A stretch of DNA of 64,000 nucleotides from the human T2T-CHM13v2.0 reference genome, Homo sapiens. A program made the position numbers and the translations under genes. The stretch lies in assembly GCF_009914755.1 (NCBI RefSeq), contig NC_060944.1, one strand, 5' to 3'. The notes below the pieces were generated by a model. That model was given only the letters and a program-made list of their open reading frames with translations, ran no database searches and was not told the origin of the DNA. Positions 51,707-64,000 of this stretch are shown here, in pieces; within the stretch, counting starts at the first letter, position 1; every line of letters starts with the position of its first letter.

Positions 51707-52519
51707 TCTCAAGTATTTTCTGCATACCCACGAAGTACTAGACCCCAAGGGTATAGCCCACTGGTAAGCAAACAATATTGCCATGTGAACGGAGCATTGA
51801 ATACGGAAGGACAATGGTAACCTCCCCAACAAGTGCATGGAGAGGGAGTTTTAAAAATAAGGAAGGTTACTCAGAGGCTATCCTTGGCTACTATGATTGA
51901 TACAATCAATAAGCCCTGCTCCACTCTGCCTTAATCTAACCTAAGTAACCCCCTCTTTTCCAATGCCATTTAGTATAGAATTTACAGGAGGTCGAAGCTG
52001 GAAGAAAACTAAGAAAGTGTCAAAATATCTAGCACAGGCCCTTCTATCTGTGGATAAGGGGGCTGAGCCCCGGAGCAGGGAGGCATTTACCAACAGCAAC
52101 CCAGGCAGAAGCAAGGCAGAAACAAAAGGCAAAGCCTGTGACTTCCTGTCCCGTCTAATTCCTGCTACTTTCCTTCCTTTCCTTTCTCAGTTCCTCGAGC
52201 TTCTCCAAGATCACACATCCTGGTCTTTCTCTCTGCCTGGAGAAGTTTCTTTTAAAATGAGAACTTTCTCAACAGTCATAAAGTTTATTGAATGCGTGGA
52301 TGGATGATTTAAATCGAACAACTGTAACAGGTGACTGTTTCTTAGAGGTTAGGCATAAAAATTTCCAGATAAATTAATAAACATGAATTATCTATAAATT
52401 TTTTGTAATGATAAAATTTTTTGTAAATGATAAAAATTAGTCTGAATGGAAAAAAAAATGTGTTGTTACTGCAATTTCTCCCAGTTTTTTATGCTGGTCT
52501 GAAGTCACAGACAGGCCCT

Positions 52520-52875
52520 ATGAAGCCTCAGGTCTTTCCTTGGGTCCTGGGGCCCACTCTGTCTGTTGGGCAACGCAGACCAGAGTTTCTGGGATTTAAC
52601 ACCCAATTGGAGCAGCCCTTTGCCAATGTCAGATAGGAGTTGGTGGATAAATGCCCCCACTCCTTCACTCCTCAAGTGGGATAGCTTCGAAGTATATGTT
52701 CCGTGCTGCCCCTACAGGCCCTGGGTGGAATGAGGCTCCCAGGACCCACAGTGATAATTTTCATGGTAACACTCCCTGTACTAGCCGTTTCCCTTCCTCA
52801 TGCACCTCCCAGTGCTTCTTGGAGCCACCTCCCAAATGGACAACTGGATTTGAATTCTGATCTCAGGAAAGCCTG
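52520..52875 (+). mobile_element. LTR16C-like ERVL LTR
   Basis: ggagcagccc...ggagttggtggataaatgcccc...gtgggatagct...cccacagtgataa...cacctcccaaat. Confidence 0.75.
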
Positions 52876-53407
52876 GATGTGATATGTAACATTCTCTCCT
52901 CAACCAGATCCAGATACCATTAGCAATCATTTTCACAGTGGCTTGTAAATTTCTCTTGCTAAAAGCAAAAGCAACCAGAAATAGTGGATGCATATGGACA
53001 GATAAAGGGAGAACATCTCAACTCTAAGTTTCCAGCTGCTTTTATTCAAACATCTAGTCCCAGGGTTTCCTTATTTGAACTGGTTTACTCAACCCACATA
53101 TAGACACTGAAATCCCTGCCAACCCAGTTTGCATGACAATTTCAGGTCTCTGTACACTCCATAACTTAACTCCCCTGTAAAATTTCCACAGGGAAATCAA
53201 CGTCTGCCTGTATATTTATTTGTTTGTTTTTTGAAGTCAGGTGGGCTGTCTGTGTTTATCAACTTGGTCTGGCTTGCATATATATTGCAGATAAGGACAA
53301 ATCAGGATAGTACTCAGAATGCTTTGTTTTTGGATGCTTTCTCGCTTAATATTTCCACAATTTGAAGAGAAGCAGAGAAGAGAGACAAAGAGAGAGAATC
53401 AGTGTTA

Positions 53408-53428
53408 TGGTGGTGGTGGTGGTGGTGG
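53408..53428. repeat. (TGG)7 microsatellite
   Basis: Read directly from the sequence. Confidence 0.9.
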
Positions 53429-53742
53429 AATATGTTATTGAAATTTTCAGCAGATATTTTTACCTTTAAAAGGAAGCTCATTATCATATAAGGGGAAGAA
53501 TATGGTTTCTTTTCTTAAAACAGAATGAAACATCCATGCCCTTCATTTCAAATAATATGAAAGGAATGAAATAGTAGAGAAGCTATAGGTTGGATTGCAC
53601 ACTCAAAATAGAGTGACCAATTCCCATGGCATCAGACTATGAAGCGGTCTCCAGGATGGGGCCCCTCATGCCACAAGGCAGATGCCTGCTGCTCCCCTGT
53701 GCCACAGTGGTGGAAAGGAACCAAAAGTGTCAGATACTCCGG

Positions 53743-53798
53743 AGTTTTTAAACTTATGATTGACACATAATAAGTGTACGTATTTATGGGGCATAGTG
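53743..53798 (-). mobile_element. ~55-nt L1MA 3' stub
   Basis: attgacacataataagtgtacgtatttatggggcatagtg matches the antisense L1MA end; TSD cagatactccgg / caaatactccag. Confidence 0.7.
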
Positions 53799-54550
53799 CA
53801 AATACTCCAGCTCATCCCCCAATCTGAGCTAGATAATGTGCCCACATAAAGAAAATGAAATGATTATGTCGTCATATGCTTATTCAATAAATATACTTTC
53901 TAGTAAAGAAAAAAAAATCTGTGCAAATGAACGTGTTAAAATAGGATAGGATGAACTAAAACAATAAAGAAATTAAAAATAGCAATTAAAAATAGGTATG
54001 TTATATTCAGGTAGCACAGAGACGAGAGGTTAAATCCACCTAGAGAAACTGAGAAAGGTTTTTGGCAAGAGTCTATCCTGTGATGGGTTTTGAAGGATGA
54101 ACAGCAGTTGGCAATGTGGAGAAGGTGGAGAATGGCATCCAATTCCTGCCCTTCAACCTAAAAATGACAGAATAGACAGTGGGTTTTTTTGTTTTTAAAC
54201 ATATAATAGTATTAGAAAATAAAAGTGGAAACCTCAGTGCATCTGAAGTTTTGAGGAATCCTAGTAAAGATAAAGTCATATGAAAGTGGGGAGTGCTACC
54301 CAAAGCAAAGGCAGGGGGCTTTGTTGCAAGACAGAGACCAAGCTCCTTTTTAGGGTCCCAAGCTCTGAGGGACCGACAGAGGGGTGACAAAGATTTGCCT
54401 GTGGTCTTATCTTGAGCACCTGCTCCTGAACAAGCTGGAGATTGGTGATCTGAGTGTCTGTGTTGTGGAACATGACTTGCCACAGTTTATTCATTTTGGG
54501 AGTGATGGTGGCTTTGGTCTCATTTGTCACTAGAAAGACACCAAACTCTG

Positions 54551-55060
<510 letters not shown>

Positions 55061-55685
55061 TTAAAATGAGAATCCAGCTCTTCTATACGGCAGACGGGCT
55101 AAATAGAAGAACAGATGGAATAAACGCAGGAATGAGTGAGCTGGGAGCATGAGTCGGAGGAAAGATGAACATAGAGAAGGCATAAAGGAAAGTTTAAATG
55201 CGGCAATGGATCCAAAAGATGCAATTTCCTTTAAAAGGAGACACAAAGGAAATAATGGAAAAAATAGATCTCGTGGAAGGCAAAAGACGGACAAAAAGAT
55301 AGTGCAAAAAGTTCTTCCAGAGTTTAACAAAAAAGACACGAAGTTTCGAAGTTTTATGAGAGTAAAACGGTAGGGATGAAAATGGAGGAACACTCCATTT
55401 TGAGGGAAACTGAAGGACGCTAAGAGTCAAGAGTAATTCCTAAAATCTTCTAGAAAGAAAAACAGATTGCCTACAGAGAAAGCAAGAAACTGAAAATGAG
55501 GTAGCAATTGCATCAGAGTTCCAGAATTTTCTACCTACTTGACAGTATAATTCAAGGGCTAAACAGTGAACCAAAAAAGCAGAGACAAAGAGGGGAAACA
55601 AAATGGAACACAAGAAATGGTAAAAGGAGGAAGGTCTGTTTATTGTTTCCAAAAGAACTAATACCAAGGCAGAACTAAAATCCTA

Positions 55686-56262
55686 CAGCAGCTCTGACCC
55701 ATAGAAAAATAACGTGGGCCAAATTTGTAATTTCAAATTTTCAATAACAACTTTAACAAAGGGAAATGAGGCGGGGCGCGGTGGCTCATGCCTGTAATCC
55801 CAGCACTTTGGGAGGCTGAGGAGGACGGATAGCCTGAACTCAGGAGTTTGAGACCAGCCTGGCCAGCATGGTGAAACCCCGTCTCTACTAAAATACAAAA
55901 ACTTAGCTGGGCGTGGTGGCACTTGCCTGTAGTCCCAAGTACTTGGGAGGCTAAGACACGAGAATCGCTTGAGCTCCGGGGACGGAGGTTGCAGTGAGCC
56001 AAGATCTCGCCACTGCACTTCAGTTTGGGCTACAGAGTGAGATCCCGTCAATAAAATAAAATAAAATAAAATAATAAAATAAAATAAAATAAAATAAAAT
56101 ATTTAATATATTTTATTTAAACCAATATATCTAAAATACTATTTCAAGATATAATCAATATTTAAACAATGCAATTTGGCATGTATTTTACACTTAGAGC
56201 ACCTCTCCATTCAGACTAGGCATATTTGGGATATTCAGTAGCCTTCTGTACTGGTCAGCACT
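55686..56262. mobile_element. MER33/MER3-like hAT-Charlie element split by an Alu
   Basis: ctctgacccatagaaaaataacgtgggcc...tgtattttacacttagagcacctc...ttcagactagg...tactggtcagcac. Confidence 0.75.
55770..56100 (+). mobile_element. AluS (Sz/Sx-like) with (AAAAT)n tail
   Basis: Full two-arm Alu. Confidence 0.95.
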
Positions 56263-56329
56263 TCTAGATGACCTCAACAAGTAGTAGGCATGGGAAGAAG
56301 GGAGGAAAATTAAGTTCTACTGATGTTTC

Positions 56330-56603
56330 CTTGTTTGTTTCTTTTGTTTTGTTTTGTTTTTGCACCATCATAACTCACTGCAGCCTCAACCTCCTGGGTT
56401 CAAGCCATCCTCCCACCTCAGCCTCCTGCATAGCCAAGACTATAGGTGTTCGCCACCACCATACCCAGCTAATTTTTAAATTTTTTTAAAGATAGGGTCT
56501 CACTCTGTTGCCTAGGCTAGTCTCAAACTCCTGGGCTCAAGTGATCTCCCACCTTGGCCTCACAGAGTGCTGGGATTACAGGCCTGAGTCACCATACCTG
56601 GCC
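56330..56603 (-). mobile_element. AluJ with a deletion near the 3' end
   Basis: Antisense catcataactcactgcagcctcaacctcctggg...ctcctgggctcaagtgat...; (TTTTG)n tail. Confidence 0.92.
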
Positions 56604-56996
56604 TGCTGAGGTCTTACTTGGGAGAGAAAACTAATTCCAGACATTGATAAAAATAACATTATAGTACGTTTAAACACAATATAAATTATTATAAGAGTAA
56701 TCACTAAAGAGGCAAGAGGAAAAAAAGAATATTCACTAAATAATAGAAATTATATGTATAATTTCCACAACACTGCAAAAAATATATAAAACGTAAGAGA
56801 ACTTGATAAATCCAGTAAAAGCCTGCATGTTTCCATTGAGCATTGTAAAAAGAAAACTGAAAAATGAGATTATATGAATATGTCCAAATAAATTAGTAAT
56901 CACACCCAATATGAAGGGATAAAATTGACCTATTGGAAGTCAAAAATAGGATTTTTTAAAAAAGAAAAAAAGAATCTGGGCACATCTTGTTACATA

Positions 56997-56997
<1 letters not shown>

Positions 56998-57037
<40 letters not shown>

Positions 57038-57042
57038 ACACA
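56998..57042. repeat. (CA)n microsatellite, about 22 units with one TA interruption
   Basis: Read directly from the sequence. Confidence 0.95.
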
Positions 57043-57359
57043 TGGGCGAGACAAAATAAAGAGAAATGTTGAAAATAAATAGAAAAAAATCTGTGAAACA
57101 TACACTAAAAGCAGGTTTTACTGATGCCAGATAAATAAATAGCATTTAAACAAAAAGCCTTTAGAAAGCAAGTAATAGTTCACACTGATAAAAGGAACAC
57201 TGTATCAAGAGGATGTATTACTCATGGAACTTTTTAGGTTCAAATAATATAAAACAAAACTATCAAGAATAATAAGAAATTTCTAATTCTAAAATTATAG
57301 GTAAGAAATTTTAACACTTTTTTGGAATTCAACATCAAAATACGATATTTTAAAGAAAA

Positions 57360-57920
57360 CTCTATATATTCTCATTCCTGAATATTTAATATGTATCTAA
57401 AAAAGGATGTCCTCACAATGCCATATGACTCTAAATAAAATTTTAAAATTCCTTGATATTATCTGCTGTCTGATGTTTTCAGTTTTCTCTAATTGTTCAT
57501 ATATGCCATTTTATAGTTTGTTTGAATGAAGATTTTTAAGAGGCTACTACTTGTCTATATTTGTTTTATCTTTTAAGTCTCTTTTCACCTGAAATTGTCC
57601 CCTTCTCCCCTCCTCTTTCCTTTCTCTCATGCAATTGTCTTGTTGAAGTCACTGGGCCCATAGAATGTCACAGTCTGGGTTTACCTGCCTGTGCCCCATG
57701 GTGTCATTGTACCTGTTCCCACATCCCTGATACATCCGAAAGGCTGGAGATTGGATGTAATGACCTCATTAAATACACATTTCTTTATTTTTTTTAATTT
57801 TTGCAAGAATGCGTCATAACTGTGCTGTGTATTTCATATTATATCACACCAGAACTTACCTAATATGCAGTTGTGACACTTTTATGAATCCTAATACTGA
57901 CTAATGTGTTCAAGTGGGAG
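57360..57920 (-). mobile_element. L1MC5-like 3'UTR fragment
   Basis: aattccttgatattatct..., tagaatgtcacagtctgggttt..., gcaagaatgcgtcataactgtgctgtgtatttc. Confidence 0.65.
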
Positions 57921-57979
57921 TTTATGTTTCAAGGAATATGAAGTCTTTGCTGCTTTTGCGTTTTATGTATTTTTAAGAA

Positions 57980-58320
57980 AGAAAATGGATATATTTTATC
58001 ACATCAACATATGAAGTTTTGTAATGACACATACCCACCCCTAAATAAAGTTAAAACAAAGGACACACTAGGAGAAAATGTTTTCAAAATGTAGGACAAA
58101 CAATCTAAGACATAAGTAACTGCAAATTAGTAAAAGAAAGAAAAACAACTAATAAAAAAGTAAGCAAAGGATGTAAACAGGATATTAACAGACAAGTGGA
58201 AAATAATTGTCAATAAGAGTATGAAAAAGGCTCAGTTTCAAGAATAATCACAGAGCAAATCAAAATACTAAGATACTGTTTTTATCCTGCCATATTGGTA
58301 AATTTGCATTGTTTGATAAT
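57980..58320 (+). mobile_element. Ancient L1M ORF2 3' remnant
   Basis: gcaaaggatgtaaacaggatattaacaga...tatgaaaaaggctcag...gcaaatcaaaa. Confidence 0.65.
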
Positions 58321-59530
58321 ATTCATTCATTTTTTGACAAATATTTTTGTGCCCTAAGCTTATACCAGCCCTAATTCTAAGCATAGCTGAGAACAAAGTA
58401 GATTCCCTGTCCTTAAGAAACTTGCATTACTGAGTAGGAAATAGTCAATACATAAATAAACAAACATGAGAATAACTTAATTTCAGATAATGACATTTCT
58501 ATAAATAAATAAATAGCATCTTTCAATAGACTAAGGTGGGAGTCAGAAGAACTGTACAGAGAAGGCATCCCAGAGAGGAAAGGTGGTGGCTAAGGTGTTG
58601 CTAGCTATGTACATTTTGGGAGGTGGGAATGAGATGGAGGTAGGTTTGGGTGGGCAGAACTTTTTTAAGAGTGCAGAGCTGGGCAAAGATCCAAAGACAG
58701 GAAGAATCTGCCATTCTGGAGGCATAAGAGGCCAGTGTTTCCAGAGCACTGAGAACAGTGCAGTGTACTTTGTATTACATTATGTCAGAATTTGCCTAAT
58801 GCAACATTTTGAAAGGTAGAAGTGAAGTTCCAAAAGTGGAACAGGACAAGATCAGGTAAGGACCAAGATGGACATTTTAAGATTGTATTTGACACAAAAA
58901 GCAGTGAGAATCCCTGAGAACTCTGAAATGGAGGAGAGGCATATCGAGGTCTTAAGTTTATTCTGGGACTGCATGGAGGAAGGACTGTGGGTGGAAGAAG
59001 AATGGAAACACGGAGCCCAGTTAGGAGTTGAAGAGGGGCAAATGGGCTCTGAATGTATTTTGGAGGTAGAGCCTCAGGTTTTGCTGATAGACTGGGTGAA
59101 TAGGGTGAAGGAAAAGGAGGAATCAAAGATGGCTGTCATGGGTTTGTCCAGATACCCTGGGTGGATGGTGGCAAGATTAACCAAGATAAGGGAAAAGGAT
59201 GGGGGGGAACAGAGTTCCTTGGAGGGGTCTGGCCATGACTGCTCACTGGTGGGGCCACTGAAGACATTGGCAGGGGAGGAAAATAATCAAATAGGCATTT
59301 TTGAAGGACGGATTGGAGAAAGGCGATCCTAGGGTGTGCTTGGATGTAAGGGTAGAGGCTCCTGCCATAGTCCAAGCAGAAATAGTGAGGCTCAGAACCG
59401 AGGCAGAGAGAATGGCGGAGAAGGGAGAACAGCTTCCAGAGATGGGAATAAAGGCACGCTTAGAACACAATGTTGACTTGGTGGTGCGGCCAGGGAGGAA
59501 AGTAGGTGCCTGTCACAAGGGCTCCCAAAT
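58321..59530 (-). mobile_element. L2 (about 1.2 kb)
   Basis: attcattcattttttgacaaatattt..., then purine-rich antisense L2 including atgtattttggaggtagagcc...ttgctgatagactgg. Confidence 0.8.
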
Positions 59531-61689
59531 TTGTCACCTGAGTAAAGATGTGAAAAGGGTATCATCCAACAAAACAAAACAAAGTTAAGGAGGATGGAGA
59601 ACAAATGTCTTTCTCTCAACAAGGCTGTAGGTCCTCAAGTATTGGGCCCAGGCCCTTCTCTTGTCTGGTATGTGATCTGTGGATAGTCCCACATAAAGTG
59701 AGTGGAATTATCAGATTAAAACAACAACAGTGGTCACAACAATAACAACACTGGAACTATTGGATGATTTTCTGGTCATATTTTCATTAACTTGCTACGA
59801 TATTCCAACTTGCTATTTGAGAAACAAGAAAAAAGAAATTTGATTTATTGGGTGTGAGGTGGAGGATGGGAGAGTGAGTAGGGTAGGCCAATTGCTTTAT
59901 TATTTTGTTCACAAACAGTGATTATGAAAATAAGGGCAAAATTGTAAAGAACTGTTGGGGGCTGTAGGATGATGAGCATAGGGTTAGGTGAGCTGCTGAA
60001 TTGGAAGATAGAGGAGATCCCTTTACTGAGAGCCCATTCTCAACACTGGCTTGAAGACACTTAGGTGAGTTTCAGTCAGATTAAGCCCAGTCATTTGTTA
60101 ATAAATTAAAATACCAACATTACAAAGAATATGTATTGGATATTTGTGAGTACACACAAATACAACCAATATTAACAAGTTGAATACAACCTTATATTTA
60201 TTTCCAGGATCTGTGTCTAATTTTCAGTATTAATATATTACTAAAAGAATATTTTAATAGACAGATCTATTTTGTTCTCTACAATTCTTATCCAAAACTT
60301 TCTGCTTGGGGAAGTACCTAATTTCCTTTTATTCTAATAAGTAGATGAATGAGACTTCACTTAACTATAATTTCCCTCTATTAGCTGTTCATGACACGTT
60401 GCTTGGTAATATTTCCAAAAGTCATGCTTACACAATGTTGAGTACCAACTTTAGAAATTATTAATTTAACAAATCCAAATAAATAAACTTCCAGTCAAGA
60501 AGAACTGAAGTGATTTCATAATATGCCTAAATATTGACCATTGTTCTTCAACTTTGAGGTGTTTTAATAGCAAAATAAGGAAATACCAGCCAGGGATGAA
60601 AATCCCAGCATTCTGGCCATCACATGTTGTGACTTGTGTAACAGCACAGATGGACATGAAGATGGTGAGCCTTGTAAGGCCCCTCCTCTCCCTCACATCT
60701 TAGCTGCAGGAATTTTAGTTTCATTATCCAGCACCAATGAGTATCCTTTCCCTCTTCGTATGCTAAGAACATTTATTCCATGATTGTCTGTTTCCACTCT
60801 AATTTGTATTCTGTCTACACAAAAAATTTGATGTTACAATGCTTAGCGACATACCACATAACTCAGAGTGAATTCTTTCACACAGTCCCAGAGAGAGAGG
60901 GTCGGCCAGATGCCAAAACATTGCTAGTGTGGTGGCTTTCCTTCCGACTGGAGGAGATGTTTAAATGGTGTTGTATCATTTCTTGAACTACATTTTTGCC
61001 TCTGTGCCTCCTGGGTATGAGATGATTTATAGACCAACGTTTTTCCATGTTTTCTTCACATGGATTACTTTTTTTTTTTTTTTTCTGTAGGACTCTCCAG
61101 CTCCTTAAATAGGCTGCTGTTCTTTTGATTCACTACTTGGAGTTAGAGGTTATAGCATTTCCCAAACCTGTTTTACTTGCTTTAACCCAGGATTTCCTGT
61201 GAGCAGTACCTATTTTTTTTCTGTAATATCTGACATATCTAGTGAAGCACACTTTTGCCAACATGAAATGAATAGCCATGTCTTTAATAAGCATGGCTAA
61301 CTCAAAGAGAAGATCATAGTTTTTACACATTTTGCCTTCTAAAATGTAAGACTGATTCACTAATCAATTGATTCGTCAATAGAGAAACAGAAACAATCTC
61401 TTACAAAGTTATCACTGCAAGTTCGCTGATGCTCATGATTGAATCTATCTCCAGAAACAAAGGGAGAATAGAAAGCAGAATCATTTTCCAAATGGAGGAA
61501 ATAGGTGAACAGAGCCCTCCAATATAGTCAAACTCACCTTCTTGTCACAATAATGAAGGCTGTGTTAGAAAAGGCAAGTTAATAAGAACACATATTAAAA
61601 AGAAATTATCCAGAATAACGCACTTTTGGAACAATCTCATCTAACTCCAACTTCAAAGAGGAGGGAACTGGAGATAAAAGCAAACAAAA

Positions 61690-61704
61690 CTAGCAGATGG
61701 CACT
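61690..61704 (+). promoter_or_regulatory. CTCF core motif candidate
   Basis: CTAGCAGATGGCACT has one mismatch to CCASYAGRKGGCRS. Confidence 0.4.
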
Positions 61705-62577
61705 CCTGTGACTAGCAACAAAGCACCTTAATTTCGAACTCAATGTTCTTCCAAGGAGAAAAATACAAAGATTATCCTCCTTGGTAGTTTAAGTAAAGCT
61801 GACATTGGTTTAAAAAACAAAAAAAGGCTTTGGTTTCAAGATAAAGCAGTGAATCTGGCTTTAAAGGCAGCCTAAAGGGTAAAGGAGGGGAATGAATGAC
61901 TGTAAGGCCCATAAGATCCGGTCAGCAGTAAATGAAAGGGAGGGTGAGGCTACTTTAGTGGAAGCAAGAAGACTTAGGGGGATTGAATTGCACACAAGGC
62001 GGTGAATATCCCGAATGATGGCTAAGTCTTCATGATGCCACCAGACTTACAGATCATCCAGTAAGTCATTTTACTAACAACAATTTTGTAACTACTAAAC
62101 TATTTAACCATGTGCCCTGTTTCTCATTTCTTCTCCAGTATGTGAGTGAGTATATACTTAGTTTGGCAAAAGATTTATTTCCCAGCTGGAAGTAAATCAG
62201 GTCCATATTACACTCCAAAACCCAGTGTCATGTTGATTGTTTATGCCAATTTTGATCCAGGTGTTTCTCACTTGTTGATGTGGAGACAGTGGGAAAGTGC
62301 ATGCTCCTTGTCACCATACAGAGCTGTAGTTGTAATTTTAGGGCTGCTTGCAATACTAGTGGTGAAAGTCAATAATTTTTGGATAAATATGATGACTGAG
62401 TCCAAGAAAGCTTAACTATGTATGATGGGAGATATGGTAAGATGTTTACACCTCCCAGACCATGTGTGTGAACCACCATAAATAGTAAAAGGAGAAGTCA
62501 CAAAGAAATAAGGATTTGATTTAACTGTGGTGGATGTTTGCTTTGTTTTGAGTCAGAGTCACTGTTGCTCTGAGATC

Positions 62578-63001
62578 TGTAACAGTTCAGTGAGTGTCCC
62601 TCTCTTCCAACCTGCATCCCTTTACTTGAGTACTTTGTCTGGTGCTGACATCTGTTCTGTCCACAGGTGCTACAGGCTGAATGTCCTGAGGAATTAATGC
62701 TTCTGGGAGCAGCCTTTGACCAGTCCCTGAGAGAATTAGCAGATAGGCACATGAGCTCGTTCGCCCCTTGGTTGAGATAAATCTGAGGCACATGCTTGAT
62801 GCTGGCTCCTAGAGGTCCCCAGCAGGTTTAAGCTCTGCATGCCCATGGTGGAAACTGGCCTCATGGCATAACCTTCCCAGACTGCCTTCCTCTCTCACTT
62901 CCCCAACCCCTGACTGCTGTTTCCTGGAATCGCTCCCAAAATAAACAGCTTGTGCTTGAATCTTCGATTTGGGTCTGCTTTTAGGGAACCCACACAAGAC
63001 A
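62578..63001 (+). mobile_element. LTR16-family ERVL LTR
   Basis: tgtaacag start; gaattaatgcttctgggagcagcc; ends aataaacagcttgtgcttgaatc...gggtctgcttttagggaacccacacaagaca. Confidence 0.8.
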
Positions 63002-63869
63002 ATATGACTTGACTCACATTTCTCTCCAGCTTGGCCCTGAGTAGGATTAGTAACGACAGGCAGGGATACATCATGGACACCAGGCCATTGTCCAGTGCTT
63101 GCTCTCTATGAGTCTTTCGAGTTCCAGTTGGGTGAGCGTGACCCACTTCTGCAGCCCTTCCAACTCAGCACACACGCTGCCAGGAACAGAGAGCATCGGG
63201 GTAAACACGACATTTTCCTCATGCTCAGCAAGACAGGAAGTTTATTAAATCTGGTATAAATCTTTGTCTTTAAAGTGCCAGTTGGTGATTTATTCTCTCC
63301 TTCTGTTTAGATTTTTTAGAGCGTAGGTGCCAACCTCTGGAATCCAATCCAAAACCCCAAGCGAAGTCCTGTTGATAAATCAACAAAAGCCCTGTTTGCA
63401 CAACGCAAGCCAAATGCAAATCCCTCATCCTTGAGAGTGAGTCTAATGATCATTTTTCAGTGTTATAAAAGGTGCCATATCAATGCATCTTACTAATTCT
63501 CACCTTGGCTTCTAAGAAACCTCCTCTGGCTGCCTTCCTTCAAAGAAAATCCACAGATAAATAAAACCTCTCAAGGAACACCATAGGTGGTAAACACATC
63601 TGAGGGGAAAGAAAATTGCTTCAGGATGCAGTTAGCGGGCATATTCCCCACTATCTCTCCCTTGTATTTGGGCAGCCAGTTCAACCGTGTGTGCTTCTTC
63701 ATCTGCAAAAGGGTTTTAACATGGATCTGATGCAGGCTCTGAGAGCAATTTAAATAGCGTGGCTAAGACCTTGTTAACCTCTCCTTGTTATGAGCTGGGA
63801 CTCAGGCATGTGGCCGAATCCATATAACCCTCTATTTCCTTACCCTAGGATGGTTGAAAGGATTAAATG

Positions 63870-63975
63870 CATTCACTTATTTGTTCCTTCACCCAAGAAA
63901 TATATATTTGGCACCTACTCTGTGCCAGAAACAGACTGGGCTTGGGATACCCAGGTGAACCAAACAGTTGTGGCC
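63870..63975 (-). mobile_element. L2 3' end, preceded by MIR remnants at 63640-63870
   Basis: ttcacccaagaaatatatatttggcacctactctgtgccag...gggatac. Confidence 0.75.
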
Positions 63976-64000
63976 AAAGGAAAGAAGGTTAGTGGCAGTG

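Larger units (their letters stand above)
55150..57330 (+). mobile_element. Ancient L1M (ORF1 remnant to ORF2 endonuclease remnant), interrupted several times
   Basis: ctaaaatcttctagaaagaaaaacagattgcctac resembles ORF1 LKASREKKQITY; 56880-57230 resembles the endonuclease N-terminus (gtaatcaca...aatatgaaggg...; ataaaaggaacactgtatcaagaggat). Confidence 0.55.

Noticed and set aside
52395-52438. Short tandem duplications (also near 5998-6033, 9277-9295 and 29317-29357)
   Set aside because: Ordinary slippage duplications in AT-rich or repeat DNA.
58785-59622. Several overlapping 75-154 aa ORFs
   Set aside because: They lie in purine-rich antisense L2, which is poor in stop codons.
61538-61559. 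22-nt minus-strand micro-exon (ctaacacag|...AAG|gtgagt)
   Set aside because: It is isolated, and a few perfect donors per strand are expected by chance in 64 kb.

Overview
This is primate genomic DNA, most likely human: it carries AluJ, AluS and AluY elements, an L1PA stub and an MST LTR. It appears intergenic or deep-intronic. I see no recognisable protein-coding gene, RNA gene, CRISPR array or processed pseudogene, and the supplied six-frame ORFs look like chance or repeat-derived ORFs. A large share of the window is interspersed repeat: 9 Alus, many L1M, L2, L3 and MIR fragments, MaLR/ERVL/ERV1 LTRs and Tigger/hAT DNA transposons, several of them nested. The unique segments (about 14.3-18.5, 27.9-28.4, 43-44.9 and 63.0-63.5 kb) contain dense transcription-factor motif clusters that look like enhancers. 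A set of strong minus-strand splice sites, densest at 4-8 kb, may belong to a spliced lncRNA, one candidate exon of which holds a 78-aa ORF and a G-quadruplex. Repeat subfamily calls come from recalled consensus sequences and boundaries are approximate unless target-site duplications (TSDs) are given. I found no convincing new biological system; the findings below are ranked candidates.
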